Notes: generated from the sequence alone by a model not told the origin. Positions 44,574 to 57,013 are shown, counted from the first letter of the stretch. The stretch: DNA of 64,000 nucleotides from Epithemia pelagica (GCA_946965045.2 OX337228.1:6448001-6512000); one strand, 5' to 3'. A program made the numbers and translations.

Positions 44574-46100
44574 ATGTCGTCTTCAAGTTTCAACGGACAG
44601 GAAGCTGAGGGTGATGCGTTGGTGGCGGCCACCATGGAAAACAAGGAGAACGTCAACCTTGACGACAGTGATGAAGTGGTATTTTTGGGGAGTCGTCCGG
44701 GAAATCCATGCCAAACCAATTTCTCCCGTCGCACTCGGCCACCGAAAGGCAACATGGTTCCACGAGCTTCTGTCTCCAAGAAGTGCCCGTGGAATGACAC
44801 GAAATCAACGCGTTCTAAACCACCAGCCACCAAGCAGCACGAAGAGTCGGAAACGGAAACTCCAGTTTCATCATCCAGGGAACTTCCAGTTGTGCAGGCC
44901 CCCAAGACAAGCACCACCACTACCAGCACCAAAATGCAGGGCATTACCCCTCGCGCACGATATGAAGAAATGATGGAAACTTTTCGAAGCAAGGTGGAGC
45001 AATCCTTGGAAGAAGTCCATCGATTGCACCTTCACAAGACGGGTCTTTTGGAAGAACGCTTTCAAGCGACTGCCAAGGAACGATTGGGCATTTGCAAAAC
45101 GGAACAACCCGAAGCCCAACAAATGGCAGAGGCCGAGGCAAAAGGCTCTGCGCTCGTGTCAGGTATCGCGGCCTCCTTTGATGATCTTAGAGAATCGCTA
45201 GCTGTCTTTTTGAAGGAAGAACAACAATCCTTTGACACCAATCATGCCGCCACTTCCAAAGAGGGCATTGCAAAAAAGTTTGAACAAATCGTTGCAGAAG
45301 AGGAAGAATGGATACACTTGGAACGAGGTATGGGCTTGGTCAAGGCGGAATGTCAAGAACAGGAACGAAAATTTACACGACTTCGGGATGAAGCACGCGA
45401 CCGGGCCAAGGTGGCGGAACAAGAAGAGGAAGATTTGAAAAAATTGCTTGAGGCAAAACAACAAGAGGTGGCCTCTTTACGAGCCAAAGCGGCGGGTTAT
45501 GACGAGTTTATCCACAAGCGTAGTCAAGACTTGAGAGACCTCGAAAAAATTCGGGAGGGATGGCAAACGGAACTCGCTGCCTCGAAACAACAAAAGGAAG
45601 CACATGATTTGCTCGTCGAACGAGAACCTCTTGTGGCTGTCTCGCATCGGCAAGTGAAAATGGCCGAAACCTTTCATGCCATTGTAGCCAAGGAAATTAA
45701 CTTTGATGTCTTGGGCACACAGGAGGAAGATGGTTCGTCACCCGACAATGGGAAATTGGTCGGTTGTGAAGCGGCCGTTATCGAAGCCAAGGAAGACGTA
45801 CAAGCAACCGAATCGTCGCTTCAAGACTTGGAACGAGAACAAGTCCAACTCCAAGACAAATTGCAACGATATCGCGAATTGGCTGACATGTTCCATGAAA
45901 AAGATGTGGCCATGAAAGCGGCCGCTGCAGAAGAAGATCATGAAAAGGCTGCCGAGTTGGATGAAGCCATGCAAGGATTGTTTCAAGAAATCCAGTCTCT
46001 TGGTTTGACGAGAGGTCAGATGCCTACGGACCTTTTTTTCCGGTCCTGCTACATCATGGGCGACAAATTACTGGATATCTATAGCAATGCTTCTCAATAG
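44574..46100 (+). CDS. Hypothetical coiled-coil protein (about 508 aa)
   Basis: Long ATG ORF rich in E/K/Q/A heptads. Confidence 0.65.
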   Translation: MSSSSFNGQEAEGDALVAATMENKENVNLDDSDEVVFLGSRPGNPCQTNFSRRTRPPKGNMVPRASVSKKCPWNDTKSTRSKPPATKQHEESETETPVSSSRELPVVQAPKTSTTTTSTKMQGITPRARYEEMMETFRSKVEQSLEEVHRLHLHKTGLLEERFQATAKERLGICKTEQPEAQQMAEAEAKGSALVSGIAASFDDLRESLAVFLKEEQQSFDTNHAATSKEGIAKKFEQIVAEEEEWIHLERGMGLVKAECQEQERKFTRLRDEARDRAKVAEQEEEDLKKLLEAKQQEVASLRAKAAGYDEFIHKRSQDLRDLEKIREGWQTELAASKQQKEAHDLLVEREPLVAVSHRQVKMAETFHAIVAKEINFDVLGTQEEDGSSPDNGKLVGCEAAVIEAKEDVQATESSLQDLEREQVQLQDKLQRYRELADMFHEKDVAMKAAAAEEDHEKAAELDEAMQGLFQEIQSLGLTRGQMPTDLFFRSCYIMGDKLLDIYSNASQ

Positions 46101-46646
46101 CGCCTATAAAATAAATAATATTGAAAAGGTGGAGATGACACACTTTCGTGGCTATCAAGCATGGTTGCATGATGAGAGCTAGATCAACCAACCATCGCCT
46201 ATCGCCTACAAGTAATTGGCGTTGGTGGGAGGGAGGAGAATTCAGTCATTGTTGGCGGTTCCAACGTCGGTCGAGTCTTTGGTATCGGGGTTGGACGATC
46301 TCGAACAGCCGATGAAATGGTACTCTGGAGAACTGTCGGAAGGATGATGATGAGGATGATCCAAGGTCCCAATGGGATGTTCGGGCAGTCACATAGCTCC
46401 ATCGAGACCAACGAGCCTCGGCTTCGACGTGAAGAAAACTTCGCCCAAGGAATCTAGGGTGGAAGTTCGCATGGCATGGAGGCATACGAAACGACTTTTG
46501 TTCTCCAGCAACGTACACTACTAGTGTATGATTGTAATTCATGTTTATTCGAAGCATTGTCTATATCACTCTCGCCCCGAAACTGCAAAGACGTACTACA
46601 GACCTTTTACCACGATCATGTCTCTTTCACTTTAGAATTCCTCATT

Positions 46647-49600
46647 TTACTGTTCCGCAGCCAGAGCTTGAAGCTTGCTCATGAATTTCTCATCCTTTTG
46701 AATACGATCCATGAATTCGGCAAATCGGTGCGAGCTCATGACACCTTCCACCTTGCTCACGGCCACAGCCACTCGCAAAGCACTCTTGATCCAATCGCTG
46801 TATCGTTCCAATTCCGGACCTTGTTTCTGCCCCGCCTTTTTCTTGAGCGTCTTTTCCAGGGGCTCGATAAAGGCATCGGCCGCATTCACCACGTAGGAGG
46901 GGTGGCGGGAACACATGGAAATGACAATTTGATGCGCATGCAACTGAATGTCTTCGGCATCTCCCAATGCTCGAGCCAAGACGGGCATAAAGGAGGCCAT
47001 GTCAAGACTGCCGGGGAGGGTTTCGAGAGAGGTGGAGAAAATGCTCAAGGCTGCCTTGCGAAGAGGAATGGCATCGTCCACCTTGTGCTTAAAGGGACCC
47101 AGGTCCACTTCACGCTGTAATTTCAAGCCCGATACTTCAAAGAGGGCCGGAACAATGGAATCTTGCATGAGATCCACCACAACTTGCGGCATGTGATGCG
47201 CAGCCGAATAAACCAACAACAGGGCGGCCGTCCGAACAGTCAGTTCAGTTTGGTTCAACAAGGACACAAAGGCGGACATGTGCGGTGCCAGTTGAAGAGG
47301 GTCCACCTTTCCGGCAATGGCCAACTTGACCGATGTCGCCACTGTCCAACACACCAAGGAATTCTTTTTGGATGCTTCATCTTCCTCACCGATCATACCT
47401 TCTGGAGCGACAATTTCCGAATGCAAGGTTTGGAGTTCCTTGAGTTTCGGCAACATGGTCTCGGGGCGAAGACATGAGAGCGATCCAAAACATTCCGCCA
47501 CCATGGTACGGACACCCTCTTCGGGATCGGCACAATGTTCTTCCAAGGGACCAATCAGGTCCGACAAGCTTGCCGACAGTGTCTCGGATCCGTTTTTCGC
47601 ACTGCACTTGATAAATTCGCGCAGGGCCGACAAGAGCAAGTACTGTTGTTTCTTGTTGTCTTCCTTGAGCGTGTCAATAATGGCAGGAATCAACGTGGTG
47701 GGAGATCCCACAGCCGCGTTGCCCAGTGCATAGGCAGCCGCATGCTTCAAGTCTTCCGAGGTGGAACTTTCAAAGGTGGACATGTAAATTTGTTTCAATC
47801 GATCCGCCGATTCACCCAAATCGGTGATTCGGCCGAGATCACCCGTAATCAAGAGGGACAGCTGGACGCGTCGAATGCCAAGGCTTCCATCGGGTGCGGT
47901 TTCCGATTCCAAAAGCTCAAAGATTTCATCCAATACCTGTTTTGTACTGCCGGAACTCGCCGTCACAATGGCAATGCATTTGGAAAGATTGTAGATTGTG
48001 TTTTTCCCCATTTTGCCCTTGAGTCGTTGTCGTAAAGAGGCAAGAAGTTCTTCCACCGGCACTGCCTGCGTTACAGTCACTTGCTTGAAAAAGGCCAACA
48101 ACGAGTCCAAGGCCATGTCTTGTAACAGGGATGATGTGGACAATTTCAAGGCTGGTTCGAGAACATGCTCCTTGACGGCTGGACCGCAAGCCGGACACAC
48201 TTCTAGAATCGAATCCGTACACTCCAGGGCCAAATGGCTCAAGTGCAAGTCCGAATCAACAATCAAATGGGTAATATCTTGGACCAATTTGGAGAAAAGT
48301 TGACCATCCCGAAACTCTGGATACGAGCCATGATTGGTCACAATGATATCCAAGGCCTCCAAGGTACTTTGTTTGAGACTCCGACTCTGCAGCTTGAGAA
48401 AGGAGGACATGGCGGCAATGGAATCGGCCAAAATGGGGGACAAATCAATGGCCGCATTGTCTTGCATGGAATTGAGACCCGAGGCGGCTGCAATGGTGGC
48501 CACGTTCTTAATGGCCGAAATCCGCGTTGTTTCATTCTTGAGACGTTCCAACAAGAGTTGGAGAAGCCGTGTCTTGTGTTGGTCCGACATGTGCGGATGC
48601 AAATACGACAAGAGAGAGGCCGATGCCTTGAGAGCGCATTCCTTGATTTCTTGATCGACATCATGAGCCGCCAACTTGGGTTCCACAGCTTTGAAAATCA
48701 TTTCCGCCACTTGAGATCGTTCCTGTGACACACTTTCTTGTTCTTGTTCTTCCGGACTGTACCCCACGACAAAAAAGCGTGGAACAAAGGCAATGGCTTG
48801 GAGGGCTTGAGCAATGACCTTGTACCATTGTTCATTGACGCCCTGGCAAAGTTGTGGCAGCAAGGTTTGGTGCAAACAAATTCGAACATGGACGCGAGAG
48901 TGATTGTCGCTGGCGAGCATGACATGGACCAAGGATAGTGCATCGAGTCGAAGGGCCTTACTAATTGTGCCTTCCCGATGATGATGATGCTGTTGTTGCT
49001 GTTGCTGAGGACTGGCCAAAAAGGCCTCGACGTGCTGAAAGACCGATGTCAGTTCCGCTTGACTTCCCACTCCTCCCGGTGCCTTACAAAGCGTTGCCAA
49101 CAAGGCAAGACAACTGGATTTGGACCGTTCATTGCCCTTTTTGGTACTGAGAATCTTTTCACATTCCTTGACAATCTTTTGTCGATACTTGTTCAAGTCA
49201 ATCATGGACTTTGTGGTTGTTGTGGATTCGGGAGGAGTATCACGATTTGTGGAGGCAAACGACACGACTGTTGCACTGGCCGCATCCGAGGCCGCGGCAA
49301 TGGTGACAGCCAAGAGACGGGTGAAGCAATCAATGACTCCGACACGGCAATTTTCTTCTCGTTCCTTGAATCGATTGACCAAGGCTGCTGCTACGACTGC
49401 CTGTTGTTTGCGAATGGCAAAGGAGGTCAACCACAAAATGGCCGGATCGTGTTTCTTGGCTTCCACCACCGCCTTGAGTGCCCGGACAGCTCCTCGTCGC
49501 ACTTTCCAACTCTCATCGTCGTCATCTTCTTCTTCATCCTCGTCATCGTCATCCTCTTCGTACTCATCCTCCTCGTCGTCGTCGGCATCGTCATTGTCCT

Positions 49601-50915
49601 CGTCGTCGTCACCATTGGGAGCGTTGTCGTCCTCCTCTGGATCGCTGCCATAGGAGTAATTGGGATCGTAACTCATATAGGCCAAGGCGGCTTGAATGAT
49701 ATTGGTCAAGTGCGGTTCAACTTGTTTGGGACACCTCAAGACAAAACTTTCCAAGCCCATGAAACAGGATTCTCGCAATTCATTCAAGGCCAAGAGTGCC
49801 GCATCGTCGTCTGCTGGAAGATCCATCATGGGTTCATCGCCGTCCTCATCCTTGTTGGTTTGCATGGGTTCCGCCTCGTCGTCGTCCTCGTCGTCATCAT
49901 CGCCGGTAATGGCTTGGGTGGGATTGGTAAAGCGCAAAAAAATGGGAATGATGCGATCCATTTGTTCTTGTCCCAATCGATGACCAACGGCCCCGGCCAC
50001 GGCACACATGGTTCGAATCAAGGCTCGTGTTTCTTCGACGGTTCGAATGGAATTGGTGGTGGTGGTGGCCGATCGATCAATGTGGGTCAAGAGCGATTCC
50101 ACCATGCGCATCAACAAGGCATCGCTCAAGACACTGGAAAGACAGGCCAAGGTATTGCCACTGCGTTTGCGCACCACGGGTAACGTCGTTGTGGTCGTCG
50201 TTATGGTGGCAGTATTGGTGGTGGTGGATCCACCCAAGAGGGTCAAGCACATTTGCAAAATTGCCTCGTGTTGTCGAGTGACCGCGACCGCCGTGCCGCC
50301 AAACCGTCCCAACAAATCGGTCAAGACATCCAAACAACACAAGACAATGACTTCTTCTCCTTCGTCCGTGGCCAAAGTCGTTGTAGGAGTCGTACCAGTA
50401 GTATTCGTTGTAGTACTGGTCCGAATGCCATCCAACAAGCGACTGACCAATCGATGAGCGACGGCATTGCCGGAACTGTGCGGAATGGTTTTGACCAAGG
50501 TCCGCAATCCAATCGTATAGACATCGCGCAATTCCGATTTGCTCGCATCCAACACTTGATCCGTCAAGGAATCGGCAATTTCCAACACTTGTTCGGGATG
50601 GACCGTGGTAATCAAGACCCCCAATGTCTTGACCGCAATGGCTTGGACATCGTTCGACTTGTCATGCAACAAGCGCAAGACAGCAGTACAAATTTGCCGT
50701 TCGGTATTCGAATCCAAAAACGACGACGATGTCGTAGTAGTAGTCGTCGTGGCAGCAGCATCTCCGGCCGTGGTGGTCGAGCCGCCCGAATGACGCTTCA
50801 AGACTTCACACAAATCACTCGTGGCCATGTATCGTTCATCCTTGTCATAATGCTCCGTCTTTTTGAGCAAGGCCGTAATGCTCACTTGAGGATGACTGCC
50901 CGAGGAAGAAGACAT
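46647..50915 (-). CDS. CAND1: Cullin-associated NEDD8-dissociated protein 1 (TIP120)
   Basis: DKDERYMATSDL, DKSNDVQAIAVKTLG, ELRESCFMGLE, DDESWKVRRGA, RFKEREENCR, REVDLGPFKHKVDDAIPLRKAA; intronless. Confidence 0.96.
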   Translation of the reverse strand: MSSSSGSHPQVSITALLKKTEHYDKDERYMATSDLCEVLKRHSGGSTTTAGDAAATTTTTTTSSSFLDSNTERQICTAVLRLLHDKSNDVQAIAVKTLGVLITTVHPEQVLEIADSLTDQVLDASKSELRDVYTIGLRTLVKTIPHSSGNAVAHRLVSRLLDGIRTSTTTNTTGTTPTTTLATDEGEEVIVLCCLDVLTDLLGRFGGTAVAVTRQHEAILQMCLTLLGGSTTTNTATITTTTTTLPVVRKRSGNTLACLSSVLSDALLMRMVESLLTHIDRSATTTTNSIRTVEETRALIRTMCAVAGAVGHRLGQEQMDRIIPIFLRFTNPTQAITGDDDDEDDDEAEPMQTNKDEDGDEPMMDLPADDDAALLALNELRESCFMGLESFVLRCPKQVEPHLTNIIQAALAYMSYDPNYSYGSDPEEDDNAPNGDDDEDNDDADDDEEDEYEEDDDDEDEEEDDDDESWKVRRGAVRALKAVVEAKKHDPAILWLTSFAIRKQQAVVAAALVNRFKEREENCRVGVIDCFTRLLAVTIAAASDAASATVVSFASTNRDTPPESTTTTKSMIDLNKYRQKIVKECEKILSTKKGNERSKSSCLALLATLCKAPGGVGSQAELTSVFQHVEAFLASPQQQQQQHHHHREGTISKALRLDALSLVHVMLASDNHSRVHVRICLHQTLLPQLCQGVNEQWYKVIAQALQAIAFVPRFFVVGYSPEEQEQESVSQERSQVAEMIFKAVEPKLAAHDVDQEIKECALKASASLLSYLHPHMSDQHKTRLLQLLLERLKNETTRISAIKNVATIAAASGLNSMQDNAAIDLSPILADSIAAMSSFLKLQSRSLKQSTLEALDIIVTNHGSYPEFRDGQLFSKLVQDITHLIVDSDLHLSHLALECTDSILEVCPACGPAVKEHVLEPALKLSTSSLLQDMALDSLLAFFKQVTVTQAVPVEELLASLRQRLKGKMGKNTIYNLSKCIAIVTASSGSTKQVLDEIFELLESETAPDGSLGIRRVQLSLLITGDLGRITDLGESADRLKQIYMSTFESSTSEDLKHAAAYALGNAAVGSPTTLIPAIIDTLKEDNKKQQYLLLSALREFIKCSAKNGSETLSASLSDLIGPLEEHCADPEEGVRTMVAECFGSLSCLRPETMLPKLKELQTLHSEIVAPEGMIGEEDEASKKNSLVCWTVATSVKLAIAGKVDPLQLAPHMSAFVSLLNQTELTVRTAALLLVYSAAHHMPQVVVDLMQDSIVPALFEVSGLKLQREVDLGPFKHKVDDAIPLRKAALSIFSTSLETLPGSLDMASFMPVLARALGDAEDIQLHAHQIVISMCSRHPSYVVNAADAFIEPLEKTLKKKAGQKQGPELERYSDWIKSALRVAVAVSKVEGVMSSHRFAEFMDRIQKDEKFMSKLQALAAEQ

Positions 50916-51584
50916 GGTGGTGGTTCTACTCAATCGTTCCTAGCCAAAAGCAAGAAACTCAACTCGACACAAACAATACGGTTTGCTTTTGCTCTTGCTC
51001 CAATACGATTTATGATCGTGATGATCGTCCACAGAATGAATGATCTGCATCCAACAAAAAAAGTGTCCGGGTGTGTTTTTCGGACCGAATATCCGGGTTT
51101 CTTATGAGGAGCTATCCCCTCCACGCGATGGAAATGGATCGCCATCAAACGTAGTCTACCTCTAGAGGAGTACTTTTGGATGGAAATGGATGGAGGACCA
51201 TTCCTCTCTGTCCAAAACAACACGCACAAGAGGCATGGTTCACATCTCATCTCTCCACAGACTCGGAACCAAGGAACTTTTTGTGTGTGTGTGTGACAAC
51301 GAACCACAAGAGAACAAGGAGAGTACCCAACGGACTTCGTTTCTACTACAGGAGGAATTGAGGACAACACGCAAAAGCATTGACACAACACCAGGAGTAC
51401 TGGAGAGCACACGAAACCAAAAGACGTGTGTTGTGGAACAGTGTTTCATCCATTTCTTCTTGTTAACTAGGTATAATAGTATAATCATAAAAAGCTCCTG
51501 TTGGACGCAACGTGACTGCGAATATACCATGCTCCGTGTTTGTGTTCACACACACGCACACACACACAAGGCAGCAAACACCGC

Positions 51585-52888
51585 TTACAAGGTGGTGACG
51601 GGGAAACTGGCCATTTTCAAAATGGCACAGACGCCAAATTGATTCTTGCCACCGCGTCCAATCTTGACATAGCCCTGGTCGCCCCATTCGGGTCCCCAGG
51701 AATTCTTGACCAAAAAGTAGGGTGCCTGCGTGTCCAAATCGGTCCCATAGCCAATGGCCAAGACACCATGGTCGACGGCGGCCCGCGATCCGCAACTGTC
51801 GTCGGTAATGACCCCCTCCTTGTAAAATTGAAAGACAAATTGATTGGCTTGAATGGCAATGCTAATGGGCTGCATGGCAATGGCCGACAACAAGGCCTTT
51901 TCGTCACCCGGCGGCACGTCAATAAAGGTCTTGACCAACGAACCCGGCACGTCCGTGCAATTGCTGTACGGATACATAGAGAAACGAGAGAGAGAGATTA
52001 CAATTACAGTGAGACACAGTTCGAGATAATTCGTTCGGATAGATATACATCCTTGTCCTACTCACGTCAAACACTGTTTGCCTCGTCGGGCCTTGTAGGG
52101 ATAGTCGGCTTCAGAACAGAGTCCGCCCGACTTTTCATCAAACTTGAAGGCATTGTCCATGAGACCGCCATTGCAACCCAAATCTTGATGATCGCAATCC
52201 AACAAATTTTGTTCACTGAGAGCGACCAATTCTCCCGTTTGAATAAACTTGGCCCCCTCCAAGGCGCCCGTCGTCGAAAAGGCCCAACAGGAACCGCAGG
52301 CGCCTTGATTCTTGACATCCGTCACGGCCCCCATTTGCGCCCAATGAATATAGTCGGGCAAGGACAGGGGTGTCAGGGATTCCCACAAGTCCCGAGACGT
52401 TGTTTGCGTCGTGGTTGTCGTGGGCGCATCTTGGGCATGGGGGCCCAATTTGAAATGCTGGTGAAATTCGTCCAAGGTCAGGTCCGAATAGGGATTGTGA
52501 CCCAACCGAACCGTCGTTCCCGGTTGCGCATTGTGCGCTTCAATCTTGGCTGTGTGTGTGTTTCAAACAACAACAAACAATCCAGAGAGTGTGTGTGAGA
52601 GACCATTCGTTCGCTCGGTCGTTGACACGAGCCTCAATTCAATCCTACGGTTTCAGTAGTCGTACCATGATTGTCCATCCACGTGGCCAAGCGTTGTTGA
52701 AATTCGGCATGGGTATCGTAGACTTTGGCATGGGTTTGCACCCACGCTTGAAAGTGTGCCATGAGTTGAATGCCATGCAACTCTTGTTCGACGGACGTGA
52801 CAACCGTATGCGTGGGTTCTGTGGCGGAAGCAGCAGAAGCGCCGCCCCAGAAAAGGACACTGGCGAGGGCCAAGGAGGAAACCTGCAT
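51585..52888 (-). CDS. Cathepsin L-like papain-family (C1A) cysteine protease; exons 52888-52666, 52549-52066, 51963-51585
   Basis: QGACGSCWAFS, DHGVLAIGYG and FLVKNSWG catalytic motifs; I29 prodomain; signal peptide. Confidence 0.95.
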
Positions 52889-53084
52889 GCTGATGATGAT
52901 GTTAGTACTGCGAATACGGAGAATGGTCTGGTGGAATTTCTTGTCGTTGTTGCGAGAGTCCTATTCTCCAACAATGCACAAGGAACCGAACAAAATCTGT
53001 GTTCTTCGTTTATCGTCGTCGTCGCAGGTTCCTCGACAAATTCTGATGGGGGCAATCGTGTCGTGTGGAGCAAGGATGCTACTG

Positions 53085-53189
53085 TGACGACGTCACATTT
53101 GACGCACGTCACGTGACGTGACGTAAAATTGACGACGTCACGTCAGGCCATAAGGCTGTGACGAATGACGGGAATGAAAAAAAGTGACG
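53085..53189. promoter_or_regulatory. Dense TGACG/CGTCA cluster (12 sites) upstream of the cathepsin gene
   Basis: Counted directly; bZIP-type (CRE/as-1-like) core motif. Confidence 0.55.
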
Positions 53190-53550
53190 GGAAACAAAAA
53201 AATCTTTTGTGGATCTTTTGTAGTCAAACAGATACGTCGAGAAACGCACAAAAATGGCATCCAAAGTGATCCAAGGAATGAACAACAATCAACCATTGAT
53301 GATCAAGCATGGTCATAACTATTATGTGTGCATGATCGATGTTGACTTACCGTGGTTGGATGTCAGAACCACTACTGAGACGGGACAAGGACAAACTTTG
53401 GGGATTCATCCTTGGCAAAGGAGACGAAGTGGAGCTTCCGTCCACTTCAGGCACCATTTACAGACATCAGAGACCATTAATCATGATACATACAGTCAAA
53501 ACATCCTATTTCTATCATACATCCCTATTGTCTTATCAATATCCCAAAAT

Positions 53551-53639
53551 TGACGAAAGTGACGGGAAAAACCTGACGGGAACATATTCCCGTCACTATT
53601 TGACGGCGTCACGTCACGGTTGTGGCCCGTGACGTGACG
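53551..53639. promoter_or_regulatory. Dense TGACG/CGTCA cluster (9 sites) upstream of the PGI-like gene
   Basis: Counted directly; related in sequence to the 53085-53189 cluster. Confidence 0.55.
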
Positions 53640-53842
53640 TAGTAGCAACCTTGTGTGGAGCGAGATCTCTTTTGTTCTACGATGCCATTTCTATTAGGGA
53701 TAAGGATCCATGGTGTATCTTTCGGAGGTTGAGTCGCACAAAATGTGTGTGCCGCTCCCTTCGTCATTGGGATTCTGTCATTTTTCATTTTTCTCAATCT
53801 TTCTCAATCTCCAAAAACAACCAACCAACGCAACCACAACCA

Positions 53843-56800
53843 ATGGCTCCTCCTCCTCCTAACAACAACAACAACATCAACAACAACAACGCTGGCGTGG
53901 TGAATGCCCTCCAAGCGTGGGCCATTTTGAAACGGCATGCCCACGAAGAAATTGGTCCCTTGCGGTTGCAAGAATTGTGTCGTGATGCGGACCGTGTCTC
54001 CTCCTTGGTGGCGGTGCACAATTCCCAGTATCCTTCCAACGACACTCACCAAAACAACAACAATAACAATCGCATGCTGGTGGTGGATTTGTCGCGACAA
54101 CGCATGACGAGTCAAACCTGGAATCATTTGTTGCAATTGGCGACGGCACGACGAGTGTCGCACTTTGTGCAACACTTGTCGTGGGGTAGTGGGGATCCAC
54201 AACGACAACGACAACGTCCACGACAACGTCCACGACAACCACCCAACGACGACAAGAAACATCAACACCACCACCCCAAAGGAGGAACCACCAATACCAA
54301 TAGTACCACACCACGAAGTCCTCCCCAACACGAACGGTATCATCGCATGACCCAAACGACAACGACCACGACGGACCAACCGAAAACGACACGATTTCAA
54401 GGCGAATCCACCACCACGACGACAACGGATCCAATCCGATCCACAACAACAACGTCGTCGTCCTCTTCGATGCACATGGCCTTGCGAGTTCCCGACCAGC
54501 AAGGATATGAAATGCTCGCCGAGGTATGTACGTACGTACTCGTATAATAAAAGAACTGCTGATGTTTTTGCTTGTTGGTTGCTTTGCTTTTGCTTTTGTT
54601 TGTGGCTCATGAGTCGGTTCCGGTATACGGATATTACTTGAATCTCTCTCTCTTCTCTCTCTTCTCTCTCTTCTCTCTCGTTCTCTCTCTTTTGTTATTA
54701 TTTGTGTGTCATTGTTCGGACTGTTTGCCTGGTTCCATTTCGACAACCTACCTACCAACCAACTACCTTCTATATATATATTATACTATATAGGATGGTT
54801 CCAATGTGTTGGAGGATATTCATTACGAATGGAATCGGTTGGAACGATTGGTCAATTTGATTCGACAAGGCTCCTTTCGCGGCATGCAGGGACATTTCAT
54901 TCACACGTGTTTGGTCGTGGGATCGGGAACGGCCGTCCAGGCCTTGCAATTTATCTACCAAGCACTCTTGCAAGATGAACAAGCCGTACGGGCCAGTCAA
55001 GCCGGCCTCGTCGACGGCGAACCGACCCATCATCCTTCGGGTGGTGGTACCACCACAACGTCGGCGGCCATGCCCAGTACTACTAGTACCCCATTGGCGT
55101 CCTCCTCGACCAATCCTACAACGACGGCGGCTGCCGCCAATCGGCTCTTGTCTCGACCTCGCAACATGCTCATGACCGCCGCCGCCGCTGCCACGGGCGG
55201 AGGTGGAGGAAATCCGACATTGTCCTCGTCGTCCTTTTCCTGGCGGCCCCATCGATCCGCACCACCACCACAAGACCAACGTTGCCGTCGTCTCGTCTTC
55301 TTGTCGTCGTCCCCCTTGGATGCCGTCGCGGCCGCCCAAACTCTGGAATCCCTCCATGCCGGCAGTACCTTGGTCGTGTCCATTGCCTTGGGTGGCAGCA
55401 AGACGGAAGAATCCAGTCTCTTGACCTTGCTGGTCAAACAATGGCTCTTGCAAGAATTGGGCGGCAACGACAAGGACACCACCTCGGCCGCATCGTCCTC
55501 TTCTTCTCCTTCTTCTTCCACACAAGCACAATCCGCACCACCACTGAGCCATGCACAACGCATCTTGTCCAAACATTTAATGCTCGTGACAGCCAATGAC
55601 ACATTGACCAGTCCCAAACCGGAATCGGTCCATTTGATTCCTCCTCCCGGTCGAGCCGAAGCCTTTACCACCTGTACGGCGGCCACACTCTTGCCCTTGG
55701 GCCTGGTCTTTGGATGGTCCACTTGTCGCGACCTGTTGGCGGGAGCGCACAATGTCGATTGTCATTTGATCGAGACACGGAATCCCCGACACAATCTCCC
55801 CATTCTCCTCGCCTTGACCGATGTGTGGAATGCCATCTTGTTGGGAACTGCAGGAGGCGGACGGGTCGTGACACCCTTTTCCCAAGCCCTTGCCGGCTAT
55901 CCCGCCTATTGTGCCGCGCTCGAAGCCCAAGTCTGTGGGACCACCACCACCACGACGACGACCACAGCAACGACGACCACCAACCACCCTGGCACACCGT
56001 CTCATTTGCTAGACACGAGTGTGGGTACCAGCCCATTCTACGGCGGCATGGATCCCACAACCACACGAAGTAGTAGTCTCCCTAGTAGTGGATCATTTCA
56101 GCAGGGAGGAGGAGGTGGGTGTTGGTCCATGGTTGTGGATGGAGGCATTGCGGCATCCTGTCATGATCGAGCCTTGTACCAATCCCCACAAATCATGAAT
56201 TCTGAATTGGTCATGGTGTTGGATCCCCAATTGGAATTCAATGCCTTCAGACGCCTCCAGTCCAACCACAAGAACAAGAAACACAATAGCAACAACAACA
56301 ACACTAACGACGACGACGACCTGCACCAATCGCCCTTGGCACAAACCATTCAAGCCACGTAAGTATACTTGAAACAAGCCGATGGGATTGGTAACACACG
56401 CGCGAGCCATGACACTGACGAATTCAGGGATTCTCTCTCTCTTTTCTTGGACACACTGTCATGTTGCTTTCCTTCTTATTTCCACCATCGCAGACAAGAT
56501 GCTCTCATTTGTTCCATGTTTGCCCATGCCGATGAATTGGCCTTTGGTAGCCTTGCTCCGACGGATTCCGGCTGGGCTTCCACGGCCACTAATGGAGATG
56601 CCATGGAGACGAATCCGGAGGATGCAGCCCGCATGTCGTCGTCGTCGTCACGAGGGAATCGTCCAAGTTCCTTGCTTTTGTGCAGCAAACTCGATGCCTT
56701 TTCGTGTGGACAACTCATTGCCTTGGCCGAACATCGTGTGGCCATCAAGGCACATATCTGGGGACAGTTGGTCTGGCAGCGGGAACTGGGATCCTCTCTT

Positions 56801-57013
56801 CGTACGGCACGGACTCTACAACTTCAAGAGGGGTTGACCACCATGGTCCATGCCATGGCATCCTCCTCTCCGGAAAATGAGGAGGACGAAGACGACGACG
56901 ACGATGATAATAACTTACCAGGAGTTGTCTTGTCCACCAAAACCATTCTGAGACACTATGGGAGACTCATCAAAGATACTCGGGGGACAACACGATCGCC
57001 ACAAGAGTCCTAG
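53843..57013 (+). CDS. Highly divergent glucose-6-phosphate isomerase-like protein, probably catalytically inactive; exons 53843-54523, 54794-56358, 56494-57013
   Basis: PGI-like blocks AWAILKRHA, VDLSRQRM, MHMALR, DGSNVLEDIH, HNLPILLALTDVWN, PFSQAL, FAHADELAFG, GNRPS, GQLIALAEHRV…IWG; introns splice in frame. Confidence 0.82.

Noticed and set aside
46199-46411. Small membrane-protein ORF (70 aa, minus strand)
   Set aside because: No recognisable family, motif or other support.
46476-51107. Long antisense ORFs opposite CAND1 (also opposite RPS7, EF1B, purC and the LRR gene)
   Set aside because: Shadow ORFs caused by codon bias of the real genes.
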